A stretch of DNA of 64,000 nt from Candidatus Krumholzibacteriia bacterium (GTDB lineage Bacteria; Krumholzibacteriota; Krumholzibacteriia; Krumholzibacteriales; Krumholzibacteriaceae): positions 2,144,001 to 2,208,000 of the forward strand of contig CAWIIQ010000001.1 in assembly GCA_963836185.1 (NCBI GenBank). The letters run 5' to 3'. The notes below the pieces were generated by a model, which had not been told where the DNA came from, did not search any database, and saw nothing but the letters and a program-made list of their open reading frames with translations. A program made the translations under genes and the position numbers. Of the stretch, positions 27,955 to 38,393 are shown in pieces. Every line of letters starts with the position of its first letter. The first letter of the stretch is position 1.

Positions 27955-30048
27955 ATGAAACGCACGGTCATTACCATATCGATCTCGCTGCTGCTGGCGG
28001 CCGCCCTTCTTGCGGGGTGCGGAGGGCGCAGGACTGCATACGATTCACTCTACGCCGAACTCTCCGAGGACCTTTCCGGTTCCGATCCTTCCGTCCTTGC
28101 CGGGCGCAGGATCGTCATCGACCCGGGGCATGGCGGTGAATACAACGGCGCCATCGGAGCCGACAGCCTGAGTGAGGCCGAAGTCAATCTCGGCGTCGCA
28201 CTATACCTCTGGGGCCTGCTCGAGGAAGCGGGGGCCGAGGTCCACATGACGAGGTCGTCGGACAGGGACTTCCTTCCCGAGGGCTCTTCGGAACCCGGAG
28301 CCGACCTTGCCGCCCTGCTCAGGGACGACCTTGAGGCCCGGATCGAGAAGGCGAACGAATTCGAGCCGGAGGTATTCATCTCGATCCACCACAATTCGAA
28401 CATCGCTCTCGACCGTGAACGGAACGGTATCGAGATATACTACAGAGGCACCGATCACGGAGCCTCCCTCGAACTCGCCACCGATCTTCATACTCACCTG
28501 GCGAGAAACCTCGGCATATCTGTCACGACTATCAAAACGGGGAACTACTACGTCCTTCGAAACTCGAAGGCCGGCGCCGCAGCGCTGGGCGAGGCGAGCT
28601 ATCTTTCCAATCCGGGCGTGGAGGAAAAACTCAAGCTGTCGGCCAAGCAGAAGCTCGAGGCCGAGGCATATTTCCTCGGCCTGGTCGAATACTTCTCCAG
28701 GGGCGTCCCGGTGATAGAGATGACCGGGGCGGACACGGATACATTTACAGCGCCGGCGAGGCTCGAGTTCTTCGTCGAACCCGGCGCGGGAGTCCCTCTC
28801 GATCCGGCATCGTTCGAAGCGAGGATAAACGGGAAAAGGAGGGCCTGCTTCCAGCCTGAAGATGGCGGGAACCCCTTCTGCCGGATGCCGGCCTCGATGC
28901 CGAACGGGATATTCTCAGTCACCTTCTCGGCAGGAAGCGTCAAAGGGGCGACGGCGACATACGGGCCGAAGAAGATGCTGCTCGACCGTCCCTTGAGATT
29001 CTTCCTTCCGATGGCCCCGACAACGAGTTCTGACGGGTCGAAACGCCTCGAAGTGCTGGTACTCGATGCTGGGGGACGGCCGGTCTCCGACGGAAAGGCG
29101 ATATCCCTGGTCGGAGAGGATGGAAAGAACAGGAGCACCTCGTTTACGAAGAAGGGAATCGCCCACTTCATCAGCGGTACGGCAACCGGATCCTTTTTCG
29201 TTTCCTCTGGTACTTCCATCGACACACTGAGATTCGATGAAGGAGGAGCGGGATCGGTCCTTTATACAGTCGCGGTGAACGACCTTACCGACAGCCCGAT
29301 CCCTGGCGCGATCCTTCGTTTCGCCGATGGAAGTACGGCAGAGAGCAACAGGAAAGGACAGATCATCTCGGCGCCGGCGGAAACAGCCGGAGCCATCCTC
29401 TATGCGCCTGGATATGAACCGGCGCCAATCGGATCGATGGACTCGGAAGCCTACATGGATCGCGTCCTCTTCACGAGGATGACCCCTCTCTACGGAGGAG
29501 CCCTGCTCGGAAAGAAGGTCGTCATCGATCCCGCCGGAGGAGGCACGGACGACGCGGGCAGGGGCGCGGGAGCACTGCGCGGCGCCACTGTCAACCTGCG
29601 CCTCGCGAGAGGACTCGAAAAGCTGCTCACTGCAGCAGGGGCATCAGTCCTCTTAACGAGGGCGGGCGAGGAGCAGCTCTCAGATCAGAACAGGATATTC
29701 AGGGCAAACAGGGTCGGGGCACACATGGCGATCGGGCTTAGATTCGGAGGTGCTGAAGTTACGGACGCGGGATGCTCCGTCTACCACTATCCGGGCAGCG
29801 TCAAGGGAACAGCGTTCGCAGACAGCCTTGTCTCAAGCCTCTCCGGCATGCCTCCATGCGAATCGTTCGTCAAGGCCGGATCATCCGATCTCTTCCTCCA
29901 GCAGACGAACTGTCCGGCGGTATTGTTATCTGGCGGCTCGCTCTCCGATGCCGGGACCGAGAATATCCTCGGCTCACCAAAGTGGATCCGGCTTGAGTCG
30001 GAAGCGATCCTGAGAGCCCTTGCCGGATACTTCGGCGGCGGAGACTGA
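27955..30048 (+). CDS. N-acetylmuramoyl-L-alanine amidase lipoprotein (active Amidase_3 domain plus degenerate second copy)
   Basis: Lipobox LAGC; IDPGHGG, EAEVN, SIHHNS, LGEASYLSN; second domain IDPAGGG...LLTR...R. Confidence 0.88.
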   Translation: MKRTVITISISLLLAAALLAGCGGRRTAYDSLYAELSEDLSGSDPSVLAGRRIVIDPGHGGEYNGAIGADSLSEAEVNLGVALYLWGLLEEAGAEVHMTRSSDRDFLPEGSSEPGADLAALLRDDLEARIEKANEFEPEVFISIHHNSNIALDRERNGIEIYYRGTDHGASLELATDLHTHLARNLGISVTTIKTGNYYVLRNSKAGAAALGEASYLSNPGVEEKLKLSAKQKLEAEAYFLGLVEYFSRGVPVIEMTGADTDTFTAPARLEFFVEPGAGVPLDPASFEARINGKRRACFQPEDGGNPFCRMPASMPNGIFSVTFSAGSVKGATATYGPKKMLLDRPLRFFLPMAPTTSSDGSKRLEVLVLDAGGRPVSDGKAISLVGEDGKNRSTSFTKKGIAHFISGTATGSFFVSSGTSIDTLRFDEGGAGSVLYTVAVNDLTDSPIPGAILRFADGSTAESNRKGQIISAPAETAGAILYAPGYEPAPIGSMDSEAYMDRVLFTRMTPLYGGALLGKKVVIDPAGGGTDDAGRGAGALRGATVNLRLARGLEKLLTAAGASVLLTRAGEEQLSDQNRIFRANRVGAHMAIGLRFGGAEVTDAGCSVYHYPGSVKGTAFADSLVSSLSGMPPCESFVKAGSSDLFLQQTNCPAVLLSGGSLSDAGTENILGSPKWIRLESEAILRALAGYFGGGD

Positions 30049-30121
30049 CCGCTCAGCCCTGCGCGCGTTTTACCCATCCTTGACCTTTTCGTCTTTCATC
30101 GCGATATTTACAGAGAACAAC

Positions 30122-30787
30122 ATGGTAGAGAAGATAAAACAATATGACCGCAAGTGGAGAAAGAGGCTGATCTACCTCCTTCCAGTCTCCATCCTTCTGC
30201 TCATCATCATAGTGCTGAGCGTTGAAAAGACCGGTATAGCAGACAGGATATTCAACGTCGGATATGAAGGCCCGATGGAGATCCTTCCCCAGATCACGAT
30301 CCTCGAAGACGCCGGTATAGAGGCGGAGATCTTCGAAAAGGAGAGGCACGACATGGTCGCTCGCGAGGTAGAGGTCTACAGCGAGGAGATCGAGGACGAG
30401 AACGAGGAAGCGGAGACATCGCTCTCCCCTAAGGAGGATCCCGAGGAACCGATATACGACGACTTTGAAGGATACGACCCGATCCGCACATACGAATCTC
30501 ACGCCTCCGTTCCCTACAGGGAAGACTACGTCATCAAGAAGATGATCGAGCCCGTCTATCCGTCGCAGGCGATGCTCCTCGGCCACGAAGGGTATGTGCT
30601 CGTAGAGGTCTACGTCAACGACGAGGGTTTCGTTCAGGAAGCCTGGGTAAGGAAGATCAAGGGGGACGAGAGTTTCGAGGAGGCCACCCTCGATGCGGTC
30701 AGGCAGTTCGAGTTCAGGCCCGTCATGGAAAGGGGAAAGCCTATATCGTTCTGGCTGAGTTTTCTGGTGAGATTCGAACTGAACTGA
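30122..30787 (+). CDS. TonB-family energy transducer
   Basis: N-terminal TM, acidic linker, TonB_C PVYPSQA...EGYVLVEVYV...FEEATLDAVRQFEFRP. Confidence 0.85.
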   Translation: MVEKIKQYDRKWRKRLIYLLPVSILLLIIIVLSVEKTGIADRIFNVGYEGPMEILPQITILEDAGIEAEIFEKERHDMVAREVEVYSEEIEDENEEAETSLSPKEDPEEPIYDDFEGYDPIRTYESHASVPYREDYVIKKMIEPVYPSQAMLLGHEGYVLVEVYVNDEGFVQEAWVRKIKGDESFEEATLDAVRQFEFRPVMERGKPISFWLSFLVRFELN

Positions 30788-30792
30788 CCCGG

Positions 30793-32526
30793 TCAGCGGA
30801 CCGGTGCCGAAATGGTCACAAATTCCTCTACCTTTTCCCCCCTCACGATATTGAACCTGATCCCGTCACCGGACATCAATTCTATGAAGTTGTGCTGCTT
30901 CTCCATGAGCATCCTCTCCATCTCATCGCGCAGCGATTCTTCGGATGCGGAGGATGCAGCCATCGCCTCAAGCACCTTCCTCACCCCGTCGTATCCTCCC
31001 GTGACGAACCTGTTGATATCGCCCCCCTCGTACCCTGTCAGCACCGCCGCGGCCAGGTATCTCTCCTCGCTCGAACCAGATATGTCTTCGGCGGGGAAGA
31101 CAGCTCCCTCCAGGTCGCGGCCCGTCATCCTCAGGAGCTTGCTCGAGTTCCACGACGATGTGCCGAGCAACTGAACACCGAACTCATAGAATGAAAGCTG
31201 CGGAAGGATCAGAACGAGATCCTCGGAATCCGGCGGGAGGAAGAGCGCTTCAGGAACGGCATCCCTTATCCTCTCGATATCGTATCTGAAATCGGTGCTG
31301 CCCGGCTCATAGAAGTCCGCGATGCAGAGCGTCCCTCCGAGCCCCTCGACCTCGAGCCTCAGAAGCTCGGCGAGAGAATGCCATCTCGGTGAATCCTCGG
31401 CCATGAAGGCGATCCTGCGTATGCCCATCTCGAGGATGGCCACTCTCGCTACGGCAGCTATCTCCGTCTCGTAATCCTGCGAATGCTGGAATATATACGG
31501 GCCTATCCCCGTTATCCCCTCCTCCGACGCCACGGGAGAGTAGAGGACCGTTCCGGCATACTCCGCAGCCTGCGCCGCGGCTATCGTCGTAGAACTGAGA
31601 ACGCCCCCTACGATAGCGTCTACATTCTCCTCCTCTATCAGGACGACAGCGGCACTTCTCGCATCGAGCGCGTTAGACCGCGTATCTCCTACGACCAGTT
31701 CCACTCCGGTCACGCCGTACTCTCTCGCCTCGCGTATCGCTATGGTCGCGCCGCGCAGAAATTCCCTGCCCAGAGGTGCGAACCTGCCGCTCAGGGGGCA
31801 GAGCAGTCCTATCGAACCGGCAGCCTCGCCAGCGCCCGGATCTCTCGGCCTTACTGCTCCCGGTGCGACCGTCCTTCCCGGGATAGGCGCGATCGTCGTC
31901 TCCATCGTGTCGAGCTCCGCGATGTGCGACCTGATCTCCCTCACAGAAGCTGTATCTCCGGCCGCCTCGGCTATCAGGAGCGAACCTTCGTATACAAGCT
32001 CGATGCCAGGAGCTGCCGGGTACGTCTCCTCCAGGCCTGCCAGCTGGCTTCCTGACAGAAGTGGTACTATCTGCGACAAGCCCGCCCTGGCCTCCCCGCT
32101 TACCGAGGGATCGAGGGCCATTGCGGTCATGAAACGTGCTGCTGCGTCCTCGAATCTACCCTTGTCCCTGTCTATCCCGGCCAGAAGGATGTTCACCTCA
32201 GCGGCAGTCCCGGCGCCGGTCTCGGGAGAGGCCAGCGGCGAAAGGATCTCATATGCCTCTTCGGAGAATCCGAGCTCGATGCAGGATCTTCCTGTCTCCA
32301 GGCTTACCTCTCCGGCGGCATCCGAATCGGGATATGTATCGAGAAATTGCTTTCCGGACTTGCGAACGGCACGATCATTACCGCTCGAGACATATGAACG
32401 CAGCTCTTCGAGTTGCTCATCCTGTATCTGCTGAGGGGATACTTCTGTCTCGACAGACGCCTTCTTCGTCGCGCACGAAGTCAGCAACAGCAGGATGAGT
32501 CCAGGTATGAAGATCTTTTTCATCAT
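30793..32526 (-). CDS. LpoA/LppC-like lipoprotein (TPR plus periplasmic-binding-protein fold), putative PBP activator
   Basis: Lipobox LTSC; IGLLCPLSGRFAPLG, EALFLP, LILPQL, QLLGTSSWN. Confidence 0.75.
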   Translation of the reverse strand: MMKKIFIPGLILLLLTSCATKKASVETEVSPQQIQDEQLEELRSYVSSGNDRAVRKSGKQFLDTYPDSDAAGEVSLETGRSCIELGFSEEAYEILSPLASPETGAGTAAEVNILLAGIDRDKGRFEDAAARFMTAMALDPSVSGEARAGLSQIVPLLSGSQLAGLEETYPAAPGIELVYEGSLLIAEAAGDTASVREIRSHIAELDTMETTIAPIPGRTVAPGAVRPRDPGAGEAAGSIGLLCPLSGRFAPLGREFLRGATIAIREAREYGVTGVELVVGDTRSNALDARSAAVVLIEEENVDAIVGGVLSSTTIAAAQAAEYAGTVLYSPVASEEGITGIGPYIFQHSQDYETEIAAVARVAILEMGIRRIAFMAEDSPRWHSLAELLRLEVEGLGGTLCIADFYEPGSTDFRYDIERIRDAVPEALFLPPDSEDLVLILPQLSFYEFGVQLLGTSSWNSSKLLRMTGRDLEGAVFPAEDISGSSEERYLAAAVLTGYEGGDINRFVTGGYDGVRKVLEAMAASSASEESLRDEMERMLMEKQHNFIELMSGDGIRFNIVRGEKVEEFVTISAPVR

Positions 32527-33062
32527 CGCTTCTTAGGCGGCAGCCCGGCCGTCCCTTTACCGAGATAGGACAGTGCGAGCTCGTAATATTCCATTGACTG
32601 CCCGATCAGTCTCTCGATGACCGCATCGTCGACCTGCCTGCGTACCTTTCCCGGCACACCGGCAACGAGCGATCCCGGCGGTATCCCGGTCCCTTCGAGC
32701 ACTACCGCGCCAGCCGCGATTATACTTCCTTTTCCTATCCTGGCGCCATCAAGAATTACGGCTCCCATTCCGATCAGTGCCCCGTCCTCCACCGTACAGG
32801 AATGGAGGATCGCCCCGTGCCCTACGGTCACGTTGTCACCGACAACGAGTCCGGGGCCGCCTGTCGTACAATGACATACGCAGACGTCCTGTACGTTCGA
32901 ATATCTGCCGATGGTAATCGGTCCGCAGTCGCCCCTTACCGACGCTCCGTGCCATACACTCGATCCGTCCCCTATGGTGACGTCGCCGATGACGCTGGCG
33001 CTCGGCGCGATGAATACATCCTTCCCAACTACCGGTATCATCCCCTGTAATTCCTCTATCAT
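32523..33062 (-). CDS. Gamma carbonic anhydrase family protein
   Basis: APSASVIGDV, VRGD, SNVQD, VTVGHGAILHSC hexapeptide repeats. Confidence 0.92.
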   Translation of the reverse strand: MIEELQGMIPVVGKDVFIAPSASVIGDVTIGDGSSVWHGASVRGDCGPITIGRYSNVQDVCVCHCTTGGPGLVVGDNVTVGHGAILHSCTVEDGALIGMGAVILDGARIGKGSIIAAGAVVLEGTGIPPGSLVAGVPGKVRRQVDDAVIERLIGQSMEYYELALSYLGKGTAGLPPKKR

Positions 33063-33087
33063 ACCCGTCCCTGCCCTGTCAGGAATC

Positions 33088-33552
33088 CTACAGCTCCCCG
33101 GGATCGATCTCCTCCAGACCGTTCCCGCCGGCTCCATCCTCGACCCTTCCTATCTGGAGGTTTCGCTTGTACTTCTCGAAAAGTTCTTCCTCTACCTGTA
33201 TGGTCGATCCTGCCCGAAGCGCCAGAGCGACGGCGTCGCTCGGACGGGCGTCGAGGTAGAAGAGCTCCTCGCCCCGTCCCAAGACGATCCTTGCGAAATA
33301 TGTGTCCTCGTGGATACCGGTGATCTCTATCCACTTGACCTCGCCGCCAAGTTCCTCTACGACGAGTTTCAGGAGATCGTGCGTCATCGGCCGCTCGAAT
33401 GTCTTCCCCGCCAGAACGGTGTAGATAGCGGTGGCCTCCGCCGCACCGATCCAGATCGGCAGGACCTCCTCACCCTCTTCCGATCTGATGAGGACGACTG
33501 GAAACTCCCTCTCGCGGTCGAGGGCGATTCCGCTCACATATACCTCTTTCAT
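33088..33552 (-). CDS. Bifunctional nuclease family protein (DUF151)
   Basis: LPIWIGAAEA, RPMTHDL, DARPSDAVALALR. Confidence 0.92.
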   Translation of the reverse strand: MKEVYVSGIALDREREFPVVLIRSEEGEEVLPIWIGAAEATAIYTVLAGKTFERPMTHDLLKLVVEELGGEVKWIEITGIHEDTYFARIVLGRGEELFYLDARPSDAVALALRAGSTIQVEEELFEKYKRNLQIGRVEDGAGGNGLEEIDPGEL

Positions 33553-33562
33553 GTTCACCCTG

Positions 33563-34774
33563 TCAGTCCTTGCCGCTCTTGTCTTCCTCAATATGGTCCT
33601 TCATCTGATCGACCGACTCGAACCTGGGATGAGGTTTGTCGAGGTTCTCTATCATCCACTTCGCCGACTCCGCCACTTCCGTATCCGGGTATTCTCTGAT
33701 GAGCTCTTCGAAGGCCCTTCTCGCCGATACGAGATCCATCAGTTCCTCGGCATAGACGAAACCGATCATGAACAGGGCCTGAGGGGCAAACTTGTGATCG
33801 GGATACCTGTTGACCAGATTTCTGTAGTACTGGATCCTCGTATAGTTAGCATCCTCTTCCTGGGCGATCTCCCAGAGTTCCTCGGGCGATCTCGTCGTCT
33901 CAATGATCCTCTCGCGAACGAAGTTTTCCGGTTTGTACTCCTGCCTCAGACTTTCGATCTCAGCCTTCAGGCCGACCTTGGCCTTTTCGCCGCGGAGACG
34001 ATCGGATATATCATTCCTGACCTCGGAGAGCGGTTTGAGGTTCTCGGGCTTCTTGTCCGATATCTTGACGATCGAATATCCCTTCTTGGTAACGACGACA
34101 TCGCTTATCTGGCCGATATTGAGATGTTTTATCTGGTCGGAGAACTCCTCCGAGTCCCCGTAGAATTTTACATATCCGCCGGGATTGAAGTACCCGAGTT
34201 CACCATTTGCCTGAGCGGTCGTCCGGTCCTCGCTCTCGTACTTGGCTATCTTGTTGAACTTCTCACCGTCATCAAGCCTCTTCTTCCATTCCGCGACCTT
34301 CGCACTGTCTGTGGAGAAGGCGTGCTGAGCCTTGATGATAGCCTTGTTCGTAAACTCTTCCCAGTGGTCTTCATAGTACTTCTGTATCTCCTCGTCGGTC
34401 ACATCTACTTTCTGCCTGATCGTCTTGTCGTAGTATGAGGTGATCAGGATGTTCTTTTCAGCCTGCCGTATCTGCTTTTTTACATCCTCATCGTACATGA
34501 GATCGGACTTTCCCGCCGCCAGGTACAGAAGCTCCTCGTCAATCAGGGCATCGACGAGTTTGGCGCGGCCGCTCTTGCCCTTGTACTGCGCTTTAAGCTG
34601 CGGAGGCATAGACTCGAGCCTGTCGTCGATATCCTTTGCCGTGATCTTGTTGCTGCCTACCCGGGCATCCAGGCCCTGGTTCACCTCTATCTTGTTGCTT
34701 TGTTCAGAGCATGAGGCCGCGATCAGGGAGATCGATACCACCAGCGCCATGAAAACTGCCATCCTCTTCGACAT
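33563..34774 (-). CDS. PpiC-type peptidyl-prolyl isomerase lipoprotein with C-terminal TPR
   Basis: Lipobox AASC; FNKIAKYESED, GELGY, ISDVVVTKKGYSIVK; TPR YPDHKFAPQALFMIG. Confidence 0.85.
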   Translation of the reverse strand: MSKRMAVFMALVVSISLIAASCSEQSNKIEVNQGLDARVGSNKITAKDIDDRLESMPPQLKAQYKGKSGRAKLVDALIDEELLYLAAGKSDLMYDEDVKKQIRQAEKNILITSYYDKTIRQKVDVTDEEIQKYYEDHWEEFTNKAIIKAQHAFSTDSAKVAEWKKRLDDGEKFNKIAKYESEDRTTAQANGELGYFNPGGYVKFYGDSEEFSDQIKHLNIGQISDVVVTKKGYSIVKISDKKPENLKPLSEVRNDISDRLRGEKAKVGLKAEIESLRQEYKPENFVRERIIETTRSPEELWEIAQEEDANYTRIQYYRNLVNRYPDHKFAPQALFMIGFVYAEELMDLVSARRAFEELIREYPDTEVAESAKWMIENLDKPHPRFESVDQMKDHIEEDKSGKD

Positions 34775-34799
34775 CGGGTCCTCCTTTTGTCAGTCGATC

Positions 34800-35870
34800 T
34801 TACAGGTGTTCCTTACTGTTATTTCTCTCGAGTCTTTCGAGTATCTCACGGACTCTCTGGCTGTCGCCCTTTCTGCAGACAAGGACTCGTCCGCCGCTGA
34901 CAGCCACGATGACGTCATCGACGCCTATCGTCGCGGTAAATCCGCCGGGATTATAGATGATATTACCTTTTGAATCGATCAGCTCCATCTCGCCGGCCCT
35001 CGCGTTGCCTGCCGCGTCCAGGGGCAGAATGTCACCGAGGGCGTCCCATGAGCCGACGTCGCTCCAGCCAAAAGAGACGGGCAGGACCACGACATTTCCG
35101 GCCTTTTCCAGTATCCCGAAATCGACCGAGATCGACGGCATCGAGCCGTAGTGCTCTCCCGCTTCTTCGTCGAGACGGCCCTGCGCCGCGGCGGTCTCCA
35201 GGCCGAGAAGGGGACCTTTCCCCTCGGGCAGGAACGAGTTCCACGCCTCGATGAATACAGAGGGTCTCCAGACAAAGATGCCGCTGTTCCAGAAGTAATT
35301 TCCGCTGTCGAGATATCGACGCGCTGTCTCACGGTCAGGTTTTTCATGGAACTTCTCGACCCTCAGGGGAACGGGAGTCTCTCCCGCAGGCATATCCGTT
35401 GATGTCTCTATATAACCATAGCCGGTCTCCGGCCCGGACGGTTCTATGCCGAATGTCACGAGTACATCCCCGCCGGACGCGGCATCGGCCGCTGTCCGCA
35501 CGGCTTCCAGGAAACCGGCCTCATCCCGGATAAGATGATCCGAGGGACAGCAGAGGATAGGATCATCGGAGCCTCTCGCTCTTATCATGATCGCGGCCGC
35601 CGCAAGAGATGGAGCTGTATTGCGCGATACTGGCTCAGCGAAGAGGTTCTCAACGGGAAGTCCGGGAAGGTCCTGCCTGACCGATTCCGCCTGGTCGGCG
35701 GCAGTCAGTACGAGTATCCGTTCAGCGGGGAGAAAAGAGCGCATCCGCTCCCATGTGAGGGAAAGCATGCTCCCTTCTCCTGTAATATCGAGGAACTGCT
35801 TCGGGGTCCCGGCAGTGCTTGCCGGCCAGAACCTTGTTCCTTTTCCTCCTGCGAGGATCGCAGCGTACAC
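34800..35870 (-). CDS. manC: Mannose-1-phosphate guanylyltransferase
   Basis: ILAGGKGTRFWP, PKQFL, EPVSRNTA, PSDH, TGYGYI, FHEKPD, WNSGIF, WSDVGSW. Confidence 0.93.
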   Translation of the reverse strand: MYAAILAGGKGTRFWPASTAGTPKQFLDITGEGSMLSLTWERMRSFLPAERILVLTAADQAESVRQDLPGLPVENLFAEPVSRNTAPSLAAAAIMIRARGSDDPILCCPSDHLIRDEAGFLEAVRTAADAASGGDVLVTFGIEPSGPETGYGYIETSTDMPAGETPVPLRVEKFHEKPDRETARRYLDSGNYFWNSGIFVWRPSVFIEAWNSFLPEGKGPLLGLETAAAQGRLDEEAGEHYGSMPSISVDFGILEKAGNVVVLPVSFGWSDVGSWDALGDILPLDAAGNARAGEMELIDSKGNIIYNPGGFTATIGVDDVIVAVSGGRVLVCRKGDSQRVREILERLERNNSKEHL

Positions 35871-35906
35871 GGGCCACCCCCTGGTCTACGCCCGCCTGCG
35901 GGCGGA

Positions 35907-37280
35907 TTAATCAGAGTACAGTCCGGAGACGTCAATATGACCGGTCAGCGCGTCAGCGAACGCCTTGCGTATCTCTTCGAGAGATTCCCTGTCGTCCGCC
36001 TCGAACCTGAGAACAAGCACGGGCTGAGTATTTGACGCCCTGATCAATCCCCAGCCCTTATCGAAATCTACGCGGGCGCCGTCGACATCATTTACCTTGT
36101 TGGTCTTTCTGAAATGGTCGGCCACCTGTTCCACTACACCGAATTTCTTCTCGTCAGCGCATTCGACCCTGATCTCGGGAGTGCTCTCGTATTTCGGATA
36201 GTCGGCGAGCATCTCGCTGAGACTCAATTCACTCTTCGAGACGATCTCCAGGATCCTGCACGCGGCGTATATCGCGTCATCGAATCCGAAGTACCTGTCG
36301 GCGAAGAACTGGTGCCCGCTCATCTCGCCCGCCAGCGGAGCGTTCTCGTCGCGCATCTTCTTCTTAATAAGTGAATGCCCGGTCCTCCACATTATCGGCC
36401 TGCCGCCGCGTTTCTCTATCTCCTCGGGGAGGGCTTTTGAGCACTTCACCTCGAATATGACAGCCGCGCCGGGATTCGTCGCCAGCACGTCCCTCGCGTA
36501 AAGAGCGAGAAGGGTGTCGCCCCAGATTATCTCACCCTTTTCATCGATGACTCCTATCCTGTCCGAATCACCGTCAAATCCTATCCCGAGTTCCAGCCCG
36601 CCATCGATGACCGCCTGTCTCAGGTCGACGAGATTCTTCGCGACGGTGGGATCGGGATGATGATTGGGAAAGTTCCCGTCAGGCTCCATGTAGAGAAGTA
36701 CCGGATCGCATCCGAGCTTCATGAAGAGTTCCGGAGCGGCCAGGCCGGCCGTCGCGTTCCCGCCATCGGCGGCAAAGCGTACCGGCCTCTCGAGATGTAT
36801 GTTGTCAGCGAGATAATCGATGTACTCGGCGGTCGCACCCCGGGAGGTCATCGATCCCTTATTTTCCGCCGGCGCTGCGCTTCCCAGAAGGGTATGGAGC
36901 TCGGTTATATCTTCACCGTATATCGTACCTTCGCCGCGCAGGATCTTGAACCCGTTGTATTCGGCGGGATTGTGACTGGCCGTGATCATTACCCCGCCCT
37001 TTATATCCCACTTCTTTGCCGCGAAGTAGAATATCGGAGTCGGGACAACGCCTATATCGACGACATCGATACCGCCCGCCATCAGGCCGGCGGTAAGAGC
37101 CTCGAAATAGAGATCACCGCTCAACCTGACGTCCCTGCCTACAACGGCGGTTGTGATCCCTTCACGCGATAAAGTGGAAGCGATCGCCAGGCCGAGGCCG
37201 CTTACCCCGTCGGGGGTCAGATCCACGTCTACTAGCCCGCGGATATCATATTCCCTGAATATCTTTCCAGGCAGTTCGAT
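35907..37280 (-). CDS. manB: Phosphomannomutase/phosphoglucomutase (AlgC-type); start codon uncertain
   Basis: IFREYDIRG, ITASHNP, FDGDSDR, GEMSGH, RASNTQP. Confidence 0.92.
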   Translation of the reverse strand: MELPGKIFREYDIRGLVDVDLTPDGVSGLGLAIASTLSREGITTAVVGRDVRLSGDLYFEALTAGLMAGGIDVVDIGVVPTPIFYFAAKKWDIKGGVMITASHNPAEYNGFKILRGEGTIYGEDITELHTLLGSAAPAENKGSMTSRGATAEYIDYLADNIHLERPVRFAADGGNATAGLAAPELFMKLGCDPVLLYMEPDGNFPNHHPDPTVAKNLVDLRQAVIDGGLELGIGFDGDSDRIGVIDEKGEIIWGDTLLALYARDVLATNPGAAVIFEVKCSKALPEEIEKRGGRPIMWRTGHSLIKKKMRDENAPLAGEMSGHQFFADRYFGFDDAIYAACRILEIVSKSELSLSEMLADYPKYESTPEIRVECADEKKFGVVEQVADHFRKTNKVNDVDGARVDFDKGWGLIRASNTQPVLVLRFEADDRESLEEIRKAFADALTGHIDVSGLYSD

Positions 37281-37338
37281 GACCGGCCTCCCTTCGATCC
37301 TGTCAACTCGCCCCGAATCGCGGTCAGGCGACAGAGGG

Positions 37339-37782
37339 CTATTCCTTGACGACCCAGACCTTTGCCTGGATCTCGATATCCTTGTGAAGCTGTACCGGCA
37401 CAGTATATACACCGAGAAGCTTGATGTGTTCCTCGAGCTTCACCATGTTATGATCGACAGCGTATCCGAGCTCGGTGATGGCGCGCGCGATATCGTACTC
37501 GCCCACCGAACCGTACAGCTTGTCCTCTTCGCCGGCCTGAACCACGATCGTGACCGAGAGATCTTTCATCTTCGCGGCCGTTTCGAGGATGGTCCGTTTT
37601 TCCTTGTCGTCCCTGATGTCACGAAGCTTGTTCTCTTCGTTCATCACCTTTTTCATCGCCTTGGTGGCGGGAAGGGCCATCTTGCGCGGCAGCAGGTAGT
37701 TTCTCGCGTAACCGTCCTTTACCTTGACGATCTCGCCGCGGCTGCCGAGGCCCTCTACGGACGTGGTAAGAATGATATCCAT
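37339..37782 (-). CDS. rplI: 50S ribosomal protein L9
   Basis: VKDGYARNYLLP, KLYGSV. Confidence 0.97.
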   Translation of the reverse strand: MDIILTTSVEGLGSRGEIVKVKDGYARNYLLPRKMALPATKAMKKVMNEENKLRDIRDDKEKRTILETAAKMKDLSVTIVVQAGEEDKLYGSVGEYDIARAITELGYAVDHNMVKLEEHIKLLGVYTVPVQLHKDIEIQAKVWVVKE

Positions 37783-37794
37783 ATTCCTGTCTCC

Positions 37795-38055
37795 CTACCT
37801 GTAATAGATCTTCACGAAAGGCAGAATGGCGATCGCCCTGGCGCGCTTGATGGCATGAGCGAGCGCCCTCTGGTGCCTGGCGCACGTCCCCGTGATCCTG
37901 CGCGGAGTGATCTTGCCCCTGTCCGTGACGAATCTTCTGAGAAGGGCCTCATCCTTGTAGTTGATCGACAACTTGTCCGCACAGAACCTGCACGGTTTGT
38001 TGGTGGTCCTCTTCTCCTTCTTCTTCTTTCCTTTATTGGATGGCGTCTTCGACAT
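37795..38055 (-). CDS. rpsR: 30S ribosomal protein S18 (Zn-binding C+ type)
   Basis: [27 protein letters not shown]. Confidence 0.97.
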   Translation of the reverse strand: MSKTPSNKGKKKKEKRTTNKPCRFCADKLSINYKDEALLRRFVTDRGKITPRRITGTCARHQRALAHAIKRARAIAILPFVKIYYR

Positions 38056-38393
38056 TATCCTGTCTCCTCAGTTTCTCCGGCGGACTCGGCCGGCTGTTCG
38101 GTAACGGGATCCTCATCGATGACGATAAGATGCCTGAGCACCATGTCGTCGAACCTGTAGACACGGTTAAGCTCGTTCAGGATCTCGTTGTCACCGTCGA
38201 AACACATGAGGATGTAAGTGCCCTCGAAGCGCTTGGCGATCGGATAGGCCAGCTTGCGCTTGCCCCAGAGATCTACCTTGCGGACCGTTCCTCCCCTGGA
38301 GGTGACGATCTCATTGAACTTCTCCGTCTTTTCCTTAACGGCAAGTTCTTCAAGGGTTGGATCGAGGATATAAACGCACTCATAAGCACGCAT
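38055..38393 (-). CDS. rpsF: 30S ribosomal protein S6
   Basis: [20 protein letters not shown]. Confidence 0.97.
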   Translation of the reverse strand: MRAYECVYILDPTLEELAVKEKTEKFNEIVTSRGGTVRKVDLWGKRKLAYPIAKRFEGTYILMCFDGDNEILNELNRVYRFDDMVLRHLIVIDEDPVTEQPAESAGETEETG

